Part shown: positions 36,201-48,700 of the stretch, in pieces
How the letters are laid out: every line of letters starts with the position of its first letter
Position numbering within the stretch: the stretch's first letter is position 1
Source of the DNA: Sminthopsis crassicaudata
Lineage: Eukaryota
Direction of reading: 5' to 3'
DNA length: 64,000 bases
Assembly: GCF_048593235.1 (NCBI RefSeq)
Contig: NC_133620.1
Location: 294,515,765-294,579,764, forward strand
Program-made: the position numbers and the translations under genes
The notes under the pieces: model-generated
The model's input: the letters and a program-made list of their open reading frames with translations, nothing else
Told to the model about the DNA's origin: nothing
The model's database searches: none

Positions 36201-39200
36201 TACTTCTCTAACAGCCACTACTTCTCTCTTTCTTCATAAGTTATTTCCTCTTTCTAAAGAGATTTTTTTGATTTTTTCTATTTTCCTTCCATTGCCTACT
36301 TCCTGCTAAAAACAACAATCAATAATAGCTCACATTATGCAGCACTTTAAGGTTATAGAGTGTTTTCACATCTGCAATCATGAGAACTCTGTGAGGATTG
36401 TTGTTATTCTTCATTAACAGAGGAGGATATTGAAGTTCAAAGAAGTTAGAACTTAGATTTCTCTAAATTCACACAACTGGTGGTTGAAACTCAAATCTAA
36501 GTCTATTGATTCCAAGTCCAAGGCTCTTTCTTATTTCTTTCCACCCTCTACTTTCCACTAGCTTTCTATGATAAGAACTCTAATTCTAGCAAACTTTTTG
36601 GGAGGGAATAGAAGCTGCTGGAATTGTGTTGTCTGTCTCTGTTGCCTGGTTTTGTCCTCCCTTTTCAGTCTTCACTGTCTCAGAGAGATCCCTCACCTTC
36701 TCTGCAAAGTTGACATGTCTTATTCGCACCAATAGCAGGTGCCCTTTGGGGTCCAATCCTTCTCTTGGAGAGTTTCCATATCCTTCAGTCTCCCATAGTT
36801 GGCATAGATGAGTCCTCCCTGCAGAGTCCAGCAAGGCAAACAGCAACCAAATCAATAGCTTCCTCTCCCATCCCCACCCTGATCCTGGCCCTCATATAAG
36901 GGATTAGAAAGATGTAGAACTAGAGGGTAGTACTTCTGCGCCCAAAAGAGACCAAAGGGCACCAGGAGAGGGTTAGGGAGTCTAGAGAACAAGTTTGTCT
37001 GAATCGGTGGAAACGAAAGGGATGTAGGTGGGGCTGGAAAGAAACATCAGGGCCCCAGGAAATCCCCTTACAATAGCACTGCCTTTGGCACTGTAGGGAT
37101 AATAGACATCAGGATCCTCCAAATGTAACTCTCCCAAAACTTTGCCAGACCCATCAACCCAATGCAGTGTGTTTGGCCGTATCCTATAAAGAGAAAAAAG
37201 TCAGGAATCCTCCCATTCCTCACCCTCTTCCTAGTCCCCATTGTTCTACCAGACCATATTCTCTTTCAGAGCAAAGCTGATCAGGTCTAACATCCTCCCA
37301 ACTCACAGGTCTGGAAATTTCAACCCCACATAATGAGTATCCATCCATACATGGTCTAGCTTCTGATGGGAGAACATATCTCGGATCTTGTGAGAAAGAG
37401 CAGTCATTCCAGGGGAACCTGAGAATCGATCCAGCAGACTGATACTTCTGTTTGTGGAGAAAAGGAGGCTGAAGGGCAGACACTTGGATTCTGAGCGAAG
37501 GATGATCATTAAAGGATTAGATATCTGCTTCTTATAAAGAAATGAGTTCTTTTGTGCTAAATCACTCCCTTTCTCAATTCTTTCTCAATTTCCACTCCTT
37601 TTCTTTCACCATTAAACATTCTCAGATCTCCTCAACTCTAAAACAAAATTTCCCTCCATCCTTTGGCTCTCCACAATACCAGCATGCCGTTTACTCCTCT
37701 ATTCACCATTCAACAAAAACTGCCCCTCTAATGCTCATCATCCAAATCTACATTTTCTGAGTCTTTCCAGTCCTATAACTCCAACTACTAGATAAGTAGT
37801 TGGATAAGCCACAAGTTCCTTAAACTGAACATGCCTTGAAACCTCTTCCTGACTTCCCTCTTCTGGTAATAGGGCCACCATACTTTCTTGTGCTTCAAAC
37901 GGCAAATATTTTTCCCCCCATGGGGGAGGAGGGTTTCAGACTTGGGATTTCATTGATGTGGGGAAATCCATCCACTGATAGAGATCATTAATGTAAATTA
38001 TAGCCTCAGAAAATTGTTATCCATTTCTGTTATCTCTGTTCAAACCCTCAGTTTTAGATATGTCATAATTATAACATCATTCACATTTACATATTGCTTT
38101 AAGATTTATAAAGCACCTTTCTCATAGCAAACCAGGAGATTTATTGCAAATATTATTTCCACTTCACAGATGGGTAAGTGAGAGTAAGAGAAGGACCTCA
38201 GAGGTCAACTTTCTACCCAGTGCAAATACTAATTCTACAATTTCCTAGATGATCGATATACTTTTGGTTGAATACTTCTTGTAATAGAAACATCACAGTG
38301 AAATCAATCTATTCTGTTGTCGCACAGCTCTGATCCTTAGAAGTTGTCCTTATAGTGGGCCAAAAGCTGCCTTCCTATAACTTCCATTGTTTAGCCCTCT
38401 GACAGAAGGAAGGAAATAAGCACTCATTAAGCATCTACTCATGCCATCCACTACAAAAATTATCTCATTTGCCAAGTGCTGATATCATACCTATTTTACA
38501 GAAGAGGAAACTGAAGCAAACAGGTAGTAAAAGTGGATTTGAATTTAAAACTTCCTTGCTTGGCAATCTATCTGCTGTGCCACCTAGATGCCTCTTCTAG
38601 TAGGAGATTATGAGTAAAGAGTTGTCCTGGCTGTGCCACTGATATGACTAAACTTTTCTTCCATCATAGGGCACAATATCCCTGAACAGCTAGAGCAGTA
38701 TTCCTGCTAGCAGATTAGCCTAGTCTTGCCCATAGGAAAAAGCCAAAAGGGATGTCAGTTTGGTATGGAGATGAAATTACGAAGGTTAGTGACTGTACAT
38801 AGTTCTTTTAGGAGGCAGTGCCCATATCCAAAGCAGGTCAGGAAGGTTTTGAAGATGACAAATTCCTCATGATGGAGTAGGCTTCATTTGGAGACAATAG
38901 TTCAAGAACTATCTTCACCACATCATATTGTGTTCCCCAGACCCCCAGAAAATCCAACCTACAGAACAGTACAGTAAAAAGAAGGCTGGTTTGCAGGAAT
39001 GGGGGGAAGATGTCTGTAGATCAGGTTCAATCCTTAGTGCTGTCTACTAGCAACCCTCCTTCCATCCCATGCAAGTTATCTAAAGGTAGCTAGTGGAGAT
39101 GGGAACTAGAATCAGGAAGACCTTAGTTTAAAAGTGGATTCAGATTCTTCCTAGCTGTGTGACCCTTGATAAGTCACATACTGCTTCAGTTTCCTCAAAT

Positions 39201-42200
39201 GTAAGATAATAATACCAACTTCAAATCAAATGATATATTTGCAAAACACATAGCACAGTGCTACATACATATTGTGGTAGGTGCCTAATAAATGTTAAGT
39301 TTCCTTCTTTTCTTCCTCATAAGACAGTAAACTCCCCTAGACGTCTTCTTGTGAAAGCTGGAAGATTACTAGCTATAGAAATCATAGAGGGTATTCTTTG
39401 TGAGGTCCAGAGTGGAGCAGATGATCTAAGAAGTTCTTTTGATCTCCAAGATTCCATCATCATTCCTTGATATTGGAGCCCAGGGTTCTATCTCAATCAT
39501 ATTGTAGAAAAGACATTGAATATAAAATAAATGGACTTCATTTCAAATACTGCACAAACACTTATTTATATGACCCATGAAACCTTAATTCATCTTAACA
39601 TTTCTGGGCTTCAATTTTTTCCCCTTTTTATAAAGAGGGGTACTTCAAATCAAAATGACTGCCAGAGACAAGCAGCCCAGTTCCCATATACCTAGTTCAA
39701 ACCTAAAAATTATACCAGATGGCATGATGATAAAAACTCCAATAAGAATTTCTAATATATTATTTCTACCCCAAATCTGTATAAAAGACAGCCAGAAGTT
39801 CTATGGGTAATAGGAAAGGAGGACACCAATCAAAACTAAATCTTATTTAGGTAAACAAAACATCTTTTCAACCCTCAGATCTAGAATCTAGAATCTAGGT
39901 GTCATCCTCAACTCTACCTTCTGTCATCCTCATAGGGGATGGTCTAGCTTTTGATTTTATCTTTGTAACATTTCTTATATGCTTTCTTTCTCTTCTCTGA
40001 GACACCCTGATACAGGCCTTTATCACCTCCCACTTGAACTACTGCAATAGTCTGCTGGTTGATCTGCCTTATTCCACTCCAGTCCATTCTTCACTCAGCT
40101 GTTAAAGTGATCTTAAATCACAGGTCTGACCATGATACTCCCCTCTACTCAATAAACTCAGGATAGAAATAAACTCTTTTTGACCCTTGACTTTCTTCTC
40201 TTCCCAGGCTCCATACTCTACATTCCAGTGATTTGTTGTTCAGCCATTTCAGTTGTGGCCGACTCTTCATGACCCCATTTGGAGTTTTCTTGGCAAAGAT
40301 ACTGAAGTGATTTGCCACTTCCTTCTCCAGCTCACTTAGAAATAAGAAGACTAAGGCTAACAGAGTTAAGTGACTTGCTCAGGGTCACATAGATAATAAG
40401 TGTCTGAGGCCTGATTTAAACTCAAGAAAAAGAATTTTCCTGACCTCAGACCTGGGGCTCTATCTATACATCACCAGTGATACTAGTCTTCTTATTGTTC
40501 CTCAAATAGGAAATTCAATTTCCTGACTAACATTTTCATTAGACATCTATCATGCCTGGATTGCTCTCCTTCCTCATCTCTATCTTTTGGTCTCCAAACC
40601 GATTTAAAATTTCATGTGATGCAGGAAGCCTTTTCTGATTTCCCACTTAAGATTTTAATAGATGGAAGAAAGAGGAGAGTAAAAGGAGTATATTCATTGT
40701 ATAAAGGAGGAAGAATGGGGTGGTACTTGAAGTTTCTCATGACTGAGATTTTTGAGAAAAATGGAGAAAGGGTTACGGGAAGGAGTGGGCATCAGATAAA
40801 CCTCACTCTTATCTGAACCTGACAAAGGAGGAGTGAACACATCACACACAAAGAAGTTAGCATAGACTACATTAAACTTATTAGAAACAGGTGGATACTA
40901 GGAGAGGAAAGTTAAGAGGAAGAATCACACCAGGGAAGGAATCATTTCAAGTCAAATTGTTTTGCATCAGTGGGAAGTAGCTGAACGAATTGTAATATAT
41001 ACCCTGATAAGCTTTCCTTAAAGGAATCAAATTCTAGTTTTTTCAGTCTTTTTATTGCTTGAATTTATCTAGTACATCCTAATATGATTCTTGAATGCCA
41101 GATTTTCTGTTTTCATGAGGGAGACTTCTTGTTGCTTTACCTTCCTTCCTTTGAGTCTCCTGAAACTCTCCCAATATGATAGGCAACGTAGGAGGACCTG
41201 AAGTCAGGAAGACCTAAGTTCAAATTCAGCTACTGGCACAGATACACTATGTAACCTAGGATAGTTAAAAACACTCTACCTCACTTTCCTCATCAGTAAA
41301 ATGGGGATAATCCATTAGCACCTAGGGTTGTTATAAAGCTCAAAAGATTTGAAAAGAGATTAGAAATAAAACACTACATAAATGCTAGCTATTATCATTA
41401 TAGGGTAGCTAGATAGCAAAGTAGAAAGAGTGCCTGGCCTAGAATCAAGAAGACTCATCTTTCTGAGTTCAAATTTGGCCTCACCTCAGACACTTATTAG
41501 CTATGTGATCTTGGTCAAATTGCTTAACCATGTTAGTCTGTTTCCTCATCTGTAAAATGAGATGGAGAAGAAAATAGCAAACCATTCCAATATCTTTTCC
41601 AAGAAAATCCCAAATGGGATCATGAAGAATCCGAAATAATTAAACAATATCATATCAATTACATGTTGATATAATTATTATATTGGATTATATCAATATG
41701 CTTCTGGTTTCTCATGATTTTCTGAATGGTTCCTTCATTTCTTGGGGCTACACAATGTTCCTAGGCATTGAAGTATAGTGGGAAAACATAAGATCTGGCC
41801 ATAGGAGAACTGAGTATGAGTTTGGTTCTATCTTACTAACCATGAATGTAAGGCATGTCTTTTAACCAGAGTTCTCAGTTTTCTCACTTAAAAATGAGAG
41901 CAGCTTGCTCAGAATCCTTCACAGAATTGTTAATTGTTAAATCTTAGAAATCTTTATGGAAATTATGATATTGTGTATTGTTAAGCTATATTTTAGCTAA
42001 AGTTCTGCCAGTGACAGTGATGCTAACATCACCGTGTCAGTAACCTTTGATCTCTTCCTCTCCTCTCTTTCTTCTGTCTTTTACGTAGCCACAAATGGAC
42101 ACTTCTAAAGAATAGGCCATTTCCCTACTTAGTAAACTCCAGTTTACTATTACCGTTAAGCCAAATTCAAACTCCTCTCTTTGACATTTAAAGCCCTTTT

Positions 42201-44199
42201 CCACCTGATTCTAATTTACCTTTCCTACTCCTTCATGAACTCCACAGCCCAATCAAACATCCTTCCTCCTGTTCCTTACATGTATCACTACATACCTTTC
42301 CACAGACTGACCTCCATGCCTGGAAAGTCCTACAAGCACATGGAAATTGTTGATATGGGGGTCCCGAGCTCTAAGTTTTCTCTATGTTAAAGCTCTTCAG
42401 GTCCTTTTTCTCAATTCTTCTGGATTTTTTTTCTTTTAAGAAAATTATTGATATCATTCAGTTTCAAGTCCTAACCTTCACCAGTATACATCTTGCCTGT
42501 AAAGATATTATGAAAATGTTTGCTTAAAATATTGCTGAAATACAAATAAACTATTCTTATAACCTTTCTCTCATGATCTATTAGCCTAATAATCTTAATA
42601 AAAAAAGAAATATAATATTTGGCTCTTCCTTATCTCTTGATATATCAGACTCTATCAGTTGTCAAATCTTGGTAATTCTTCCTTCAAAATATAGTCTTTC
42701 TGGGAGAACAGGTCACATAGGGCTTTGCATCTATGAAACCATAGAAAGCTGAGTGAAAATGTCTAGCATGGAGGCATAAGGAGTGGTACACCTTGCATCT
42801 GGACTACTGAATTAACTTAATCTTATAGATGGTTTTATAATTCTCTCCTGTCATAAAAAGGTAAAAGTTAATAGGGTCCTTTAAAAAAAACAGGCTGGAC
42901 CATGCAGCTAGAGCTGCCATTGCAGCCAGAGACCTAAGAACAGAGAGACAGTCAAATCCAGTTGTCATTTGGCATGAGAGAGGTTTGCCTTGAAAGAAGG
43001 GATACAAACTTCAATTGCCTGGAACCTTGGAGGTTCCAGGAGGAATAAACAAGATGTTCCTGCTTGTAGCCAGAGAAGCAGTGCTGGTCTGCCTGCAGTG
43101 AATTGTTGCATCTTGGAAGACTTCGGAGTCACCTGTTGATAAGCCAGGGTTATGCATCCATTAACCCATAGAGTATGGGACCACTCAGAATGTGGAATGA
43201 GGCTGCCCCTCTTCCCTGAGTTATGACTAAAATATTGGAGCCCAGTAGGTAGGAGTAAGGGGACAGTAATAAATGACAGTTCTCCTTTACAAGGGCTTCT
43301 GGGATGAAGGGGGTTTTGAGGGAAGGTGCTCAGACTCCAGTTCTTTTGGGGAGAAGTCATGTGTGAATCCAGCAATTTAACCTAGATAGTTATTATTCTT
43401 ATAGATATCTAATTATTTTTTTTATCCACACAGAGCATATTTTGGGGATATTAATATATAATATTATACCTCAGTTTATTGTAGCAAATATGATTAAATT
43501 ATAGAGTATTTTTCTTTTGAGTCACTTGAAGCTTAGAATATAAGTTGGAACTATTTGGATAACCTGTGACAAGTTATGATAATTGTCCAAGTAGAACTAA
43601 ATCTCTGCTTCCTTTGCCTATCTTGAGTGATAGGATTAAATTCATCTCATAAGAATCCATCCTCAAGTTATATGTGGAATGAATATCACTATCATCACCA
43701 TCATGTTTACATCTTTATTCCTTTACATGACAACTTCTAAAGATATTATCCCAAACTCAACATTTCCAAAATGGAATTCAACTTTTTCTGAAAAGCAAGT
43801 CTTTCCCAAATAGTTCATTTCTGTTCATGTTAACTTCCTTTTTTCTAGTTTCCTAGACTCCAGACCTAGCAGTTACATTTGATTTTTTCCTCTCTTTCAT
43901 CTCCTATATCCAATCCAAGTTCTTACCAACTCTTATCATCTTACTTTTTCAAATATCTTTATTATTCATCTTCTCCTTTCCTACTACAATTACCTTAGCT
44001 CCGTTCCTCATCACTTTGCACTTTGCATCTACTGTAATAACTTGATCTTAAAACTGGTTCTATAGTCTCTGGGCTCTTTCCACTAAAGTCGTTTCTCCCT
44101 TTCCTGGATATATAATCTGTACATAATGAGTGGGAGAGACAGGAGGAAAACTCAAGATATACCAACTGGTCCTGATTTAATCACTGCCATGTACAATGG

Positions 44200-44204
<5 letters not shown>

Positions 44205-44253
<49 letters not shown>
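44205..44253. repeat. (CT)n microsatellite
   Basis: Uninterrupted ctctct run. Confidence 0.95.
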
Positions 44254-44257
<4 letters not shown>

Positions 44258-44638
44258 GACCTCAAAGGCTAGCTATATTCCCTTATTTTACATATGACAA
44301 AAGTAATCAATATCTGAGGGAAGATTTTGAAGTGAAAACTTGACCCAAATCCAAGGCTTTTCCCACCATACCAAAAGAGCTCTCACTATTGAAGAAGGAT
44401 CATTGAACAGCTGGAAATAATTCAGAAACTGACAATTAGGTTAATGAATCCATATTGTCTGGAGACAATTGAAAGGAACTAGGAATATTTAAACTGAAGA
44501 TTTTAGAGAGACAGGTATATTTAAACTGAAGATTTTGGGGAGACAGGATAGCTAGCTTCAGGCATCTGAAAGGTGTGGATAAGACTGACATAGTACAGTT
44601 TCTAGGAGGAATATAGCAATGATTTTAAGGACCTTATC

Positions 44639-45136
44639 TGTCAATGATTCTAAAGTCTTCCTGCTTTAGAATCAGTGCTCCTGAGGTCCCTCTTCCCACC
44701 CCTGACCTTAGAGTACTACTTTTCTAACAATCTGTCTGTCAATGATTATAAAAATCTTCTGGCCTAGGAATATAATAATATCTCTTCCCTTAGAATTTAA
44801 GATAGATATATTAGGAATCCTGAGGCCCTCTGACCTTAGAGTACTATAGTTCTAAATTTGTCTGTCAATGATTCTAGTCTTACAAGCATTACTAACTGTC
44901 AGATACATAATCTTTTGGTCTGATAACCAAATTTCTGAGACCACTCCTCAGTTCTACCTCTAGGCCATAAAATTAGCATATCCGTGACATGAAGAACTGA
45001 ATAAATTTGTCTCCTTACTCCTGGTGCTTTGCTAAATTCTTTTGGAACTTAGTCTGTTTCAATTGGCATTACAATTATGATAAACTTTGCCTCTTGACTT
45101 GGATATCGGTTCAAGCCTGCAAATTCTTTTGAGACA
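44639..45136 (+). mobile_element. LTR-like element with internal ~130-nt tandem duplication
   Basis: TG...CA ends; repeated ctgaccttagagtacta and tgtctgtcaatgatt units. Family unverified. Confidence 0.5.
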
Positions 45137-45754
45137 TCTAATGACACTGGTCTGAGACCCCCAACATTTAGGAGTCCCTTCTGAACTGATGTAAGCTGTA
45201 TCCTGTATGCACCAGAGAGCTAGACCAGGAATGTATAGGAAGAAGTAAAAAAATTAAATAAGGCTTCATATCAGGAAAAATATTTCTTATGGTTAAAGCT
45301 GTGCAAATGTGAAATAGGTTGCTTCAGGAGGTGTTGAGCTTTTCCTCATTAGAGGTCTTCAATCAGAGGAGATAGCAGTTGAAATATGCTTCAGTGTGAA
45401 GTAATTTTCTTGCCTAAGAGCCTTACAATTTCCAAACTCCTTAATTTTGTATGAGAGGATCAATTCCTACCATGTAGATTGTATCAATTATTTCCCTAAA
45501 AGGCAAGAAAGCTATCCACAAGACTAGAGTGGCCTGGAGGCTAAAGCACAAGTTCTCTGTTGACACAGTTTCTTGCTCTTCTCAGACTATGCTGATACAG
45601 GTTCCTGGAAACCTAAGTGCATAAAAAGGGCTGACCCTCTTCAAAGTCTGACTTATAAGTCACCTCACCCTTCTCTACTTCTCAGATCCATTTTTCTATG
45701 AAGGCAAGAGCCACATCTATCCAAGCTAAGGGATGTGTTCATGTTAAACAGCTT

Positions 45755-45789
45755 NNNNNNNNNNNNNNNNNNNNNNNNNNNNNNNNNNN
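45755..45789. other. Assembly gap (N run) in TFR2 intron 3
   Basis: Run of n characters. Confidence 1.
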
Positions 45790-48700
45790 GACTATGAGAT
45801 TTATGAAGACAGGCAAAGTATCTTCCAGGATTTTGTGAGATTAAAATGAAATACTTGTAAAGTGATTTACAAATTTTAAAGTGCTGTATAAATAGTAGTT
45901 ATTATTATGGTTATCATCATTGTCATCATTATCCACAACCAAGCTGTAATTTGTTTTCTCTTCATTTGGAGGAAAAAATAGTATGTGTGTATTATTCAGG
46001 GAAAGAAAGAAAAGGACATCGATCACAAACACAGATACAGTCAAAATGAAAGGGTAGCAATTCAGCTTTCATTTCCAAGGGAGTTACTAATAGGCAATGG
46101 GAAGCCATTTTTATTTCATGGAGATAGCAGTCATCTGGGCCCAAAACAGTGTACCTTCTGGATATCTGAGCCCTGAGGCCAAGTTATAACTATTTGCATC
46201 TTTGTAGCAATTGCACAGTATATTGTACCCAATTTCTCAGTGAACATTAACTGAGGTGAGGGAAAGTGGACTTCCTGGATACTAAGAATTGAAGTTAAAT
46301 GAGGAGACATTGGAAGAAAAGATATGAGTTTCTGGCTAGGAGAAGTGCAAGATTCTATTTGAAGTGCTAAAGATCCAATTCTGGGTCTTACTGGATAGAA
46401 TTTTTCAGTTGCTCCTCACCCAAGTATTTGTGGAACATCTCCCGAAGGTCAGCCCAATATAGGTTAGAACCACTGGCATCTGGATTCAGATCATAGCCTA
46501 ACTCATCACTCACTTCTGACACAGAATTCTTACAAGAATGGCATGTATCCCGAAAGGCAAAGTAGGCTAAAACGAAGGCTGGGATAAGGAAAGTCAAGTG
46601 ATTAATTTCCTGCTAATGCTTCCTCTTCTTTTCCCTCTTCTCTCAGAACTTGAACTCTTGCCATCTCCCATACGTATGGGTTCCCTCCAGGACTATGTTC
46701 TACCCTCCTTCATTCCACCCTCCTGAGACTGAGGCATTCAAGAAATCAGCTCTTCCCCAATACCATTTACTTCTTCTTTGTTTACCCTTTCATCATTCTG
46801 CTTCTTCCCAATTCAGGACTTGGGAGGCAGACCTGCAATTTTTCCCAAATCCTAGACTTAGCATCTTCCCCCCAGGGTCCTCCACTGTATCATCAGGTCC
46901 TCTCCTCACCTCCCAAACTCATCCCAGTGCCATAGCAGGAAATGTGTGCTCACCCACAACAAAGACAAAGAGATTGATGAGTATACAGTGGGCAATTATC
47001 TTGGGGGTCAGATTCTGCCTCCCAGATTCCCCCTGCTTTTGCCCCTTTTGGTTTGTGGTCCTTAGCTCCATGTTCATGTTGAAAGAAGCTGGATCTTCTT
47101 CCTCTTGCTTCTCATCTTCCTCCAATTGTTTTCCCTGGTTCTCTTCTACTTGTTTGTAGATGGTATAGAAATGGTGGGACAGCTCTTGATTCTGGGAGCA
47201 GAGGGACCTTGAGATGAGTGGATAGATGGACAGAAATCTATGGAAAAGCTTTTGGGGAATTGAGGGAGGAGAGGATATTTCATAAGAGAGGAATGTGAGG
47301 GACAGGACATTGAGATGAGAGAAGATAAAGAGATGGAAAAGACAGGCAGATGGTGTAGGAAAGGAAAATGGAAAAAGACAATGGAGATGAAATGGGGGAA
47401 TGGGCTGGGGGAGGAGAAGAAATGAGGGATAAAGAATGAGGGAGAGGTGTAATGGTGGGATTGGAGTAAGACAGGGGGTTGACAAAAGACAGAGAGATAG
47501 GGGAGGATAGGGAAATGAGGGAGCAAAGAAAATTGAGGGAAGGCAACAAAGCCATAACTATGGTGAGGCAGCTGAGACTTTCTCAGAAACTAGCATCTAG
47601 GGGTACCATTTACTTCCTTGCTGTAATTTGAAGGCTGTCTTGTATTCATCTGTTAACTTGTGCCTTGACCTTACACCTGAGCTTAAGATTTCTTTCTCCT
47701 AGGGACACTTTCCTTCAAAACCTCTCCCTATTACTATCCAGACTAGCCCTACCCCTTCCTAGTCCTTATCTTTCACTGTCTGGCCTCTAGAATCTCTTTT
47801 ATTATGAACAATTTTCCTTCCACATCCTCCTCTCCCCTATTGCTTCCACTTTCTAGAACTCTTTGAAACAAGTTTTCTTGGGATACTCCAGCTTATGGCT
47901 ATCAGAAGTCTATGGAACTAGAAGCCAGATATCTGGAAGGAGACAGAAGCACCAGAGGAAAGACAATCAGGGGTAAGATACTCTACAAATTGGGCATAGG
48001 GATGCATATTAAGGTTGTGAGACAGAATGAGTTTGAGTTGGAGAACAGCATTTCTTCTCCAGCTTCCAAAAGTCTTACCATTTTCCTGAAGAACCCTCCG
48101 AACCCTTTCCATTCCTCTGGTGTCTTCTCGGTGCTGTGCCTGAGGCCAAGCCCTCAAGCCCTCTTAGCTTTAGCAACTAGGTCCTTTCTTCAAGAAAACA
48201 ATTCACTAGGCTTTAACCCCAACTTTGTGGTTGTTTTCACTCTTAAGTGCACACACTTTCCCCTTGGGTTCCTGGGTAAATGAGTTTGTGGGTGGGGTGG
48301 GAAATAAGTCAAACATCAAGAAACTCCACCTCTCTCTCCTCCCACTCCCCACTCCACCCCTTCTCTGCAGTAAAATCAATTTTCTGGGGTAGAACAGACT
48401 TTGACCTTTGGGTCCCTAATGAGAGTGTGGTTGAACATATAGGTACAAGTGAGGGGAGTTGGGATGTGGTGAATTTAGGAGGTTGGCCCCTATTTTCCCT
48501 TCTCCATCTGGCTTCCTCTTCCTATTCAGCCAGATAAGCCTAATACCTTTCCTTGTAAGGTAATTTTCCCACCTGTTCTAACTTCTCCTTTCTCGAAATC
48601 TCTGATGCTTTTTTGGAATCTAAGAGACCGCTGGGGCCCACACAGAAACACCCTCTCCTTCCCTCATCCCATCCTGCCACATGCCTCCCCCCCCCTCACT

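Larger units (their letters stand above)
33561..48112 (-). pseudogene. TFR2: Transferrin receptor 2, disrupted. Exons: e1 48079-48112, e2 46954-47191, e3 46392-46578, e4 37307-37447, e5 37072-37183, e6 36697-36818, e7 35891-36007, e8 35485-35611, e16 remnant 35209-35352, e17 34840-34979, e18 remnant 33561-33741; e9-e15 absent
   Basis: Clear TFR2 peptides: [97 protein letters not shown]...[26 protein letters not shown]. Lesions: e6 -1 nt, e7 donor lost, e8 -13 nt, e9-15 deleted, e16 5' part deleted, e17 -1 nt with immediate TGA, e18 -2 nt and tail lost. The exon 1 call is less certain. Confidence 0.9.

Noticed and set aside
34840-36818. Idea that the TFR2 frameshifts are only homopolymer sequencing errors
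   Set aside because: Plausible for the 1-nt losses in e6 and e17 alone. It cannot explain the 13-nt deletion, the lost donor, the multi-exon deletion and the missing C-terminus, and neighbouring PCOLCE and ACTL6B exons show no indels.
38799-38865. IVLLGGSAHIQ (HSP70-like) and EDDKF (like TFR2 exon 13 GDDKF) on the plus strand
   Set aside because: Similarity does not extend beyond a few residues, stops flank both, and the strand is wrong for TFR2. This is not evidence for inverted missing exons or a retrocopy.
42965-43375. 136-aa minus-strand ORF in TFR2 intron 3
   Set aside because: No recognisable domain or splice context; probably an unclassified old repeat.
46650-47555. Cluster of overlapping long ORFs around 46.6-47.6 kb
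   Set aside because: Only 46954-47191 (minus) is TFR2 exon 2; the rest is purine/pyrimidine-skewed low-complexity intron.
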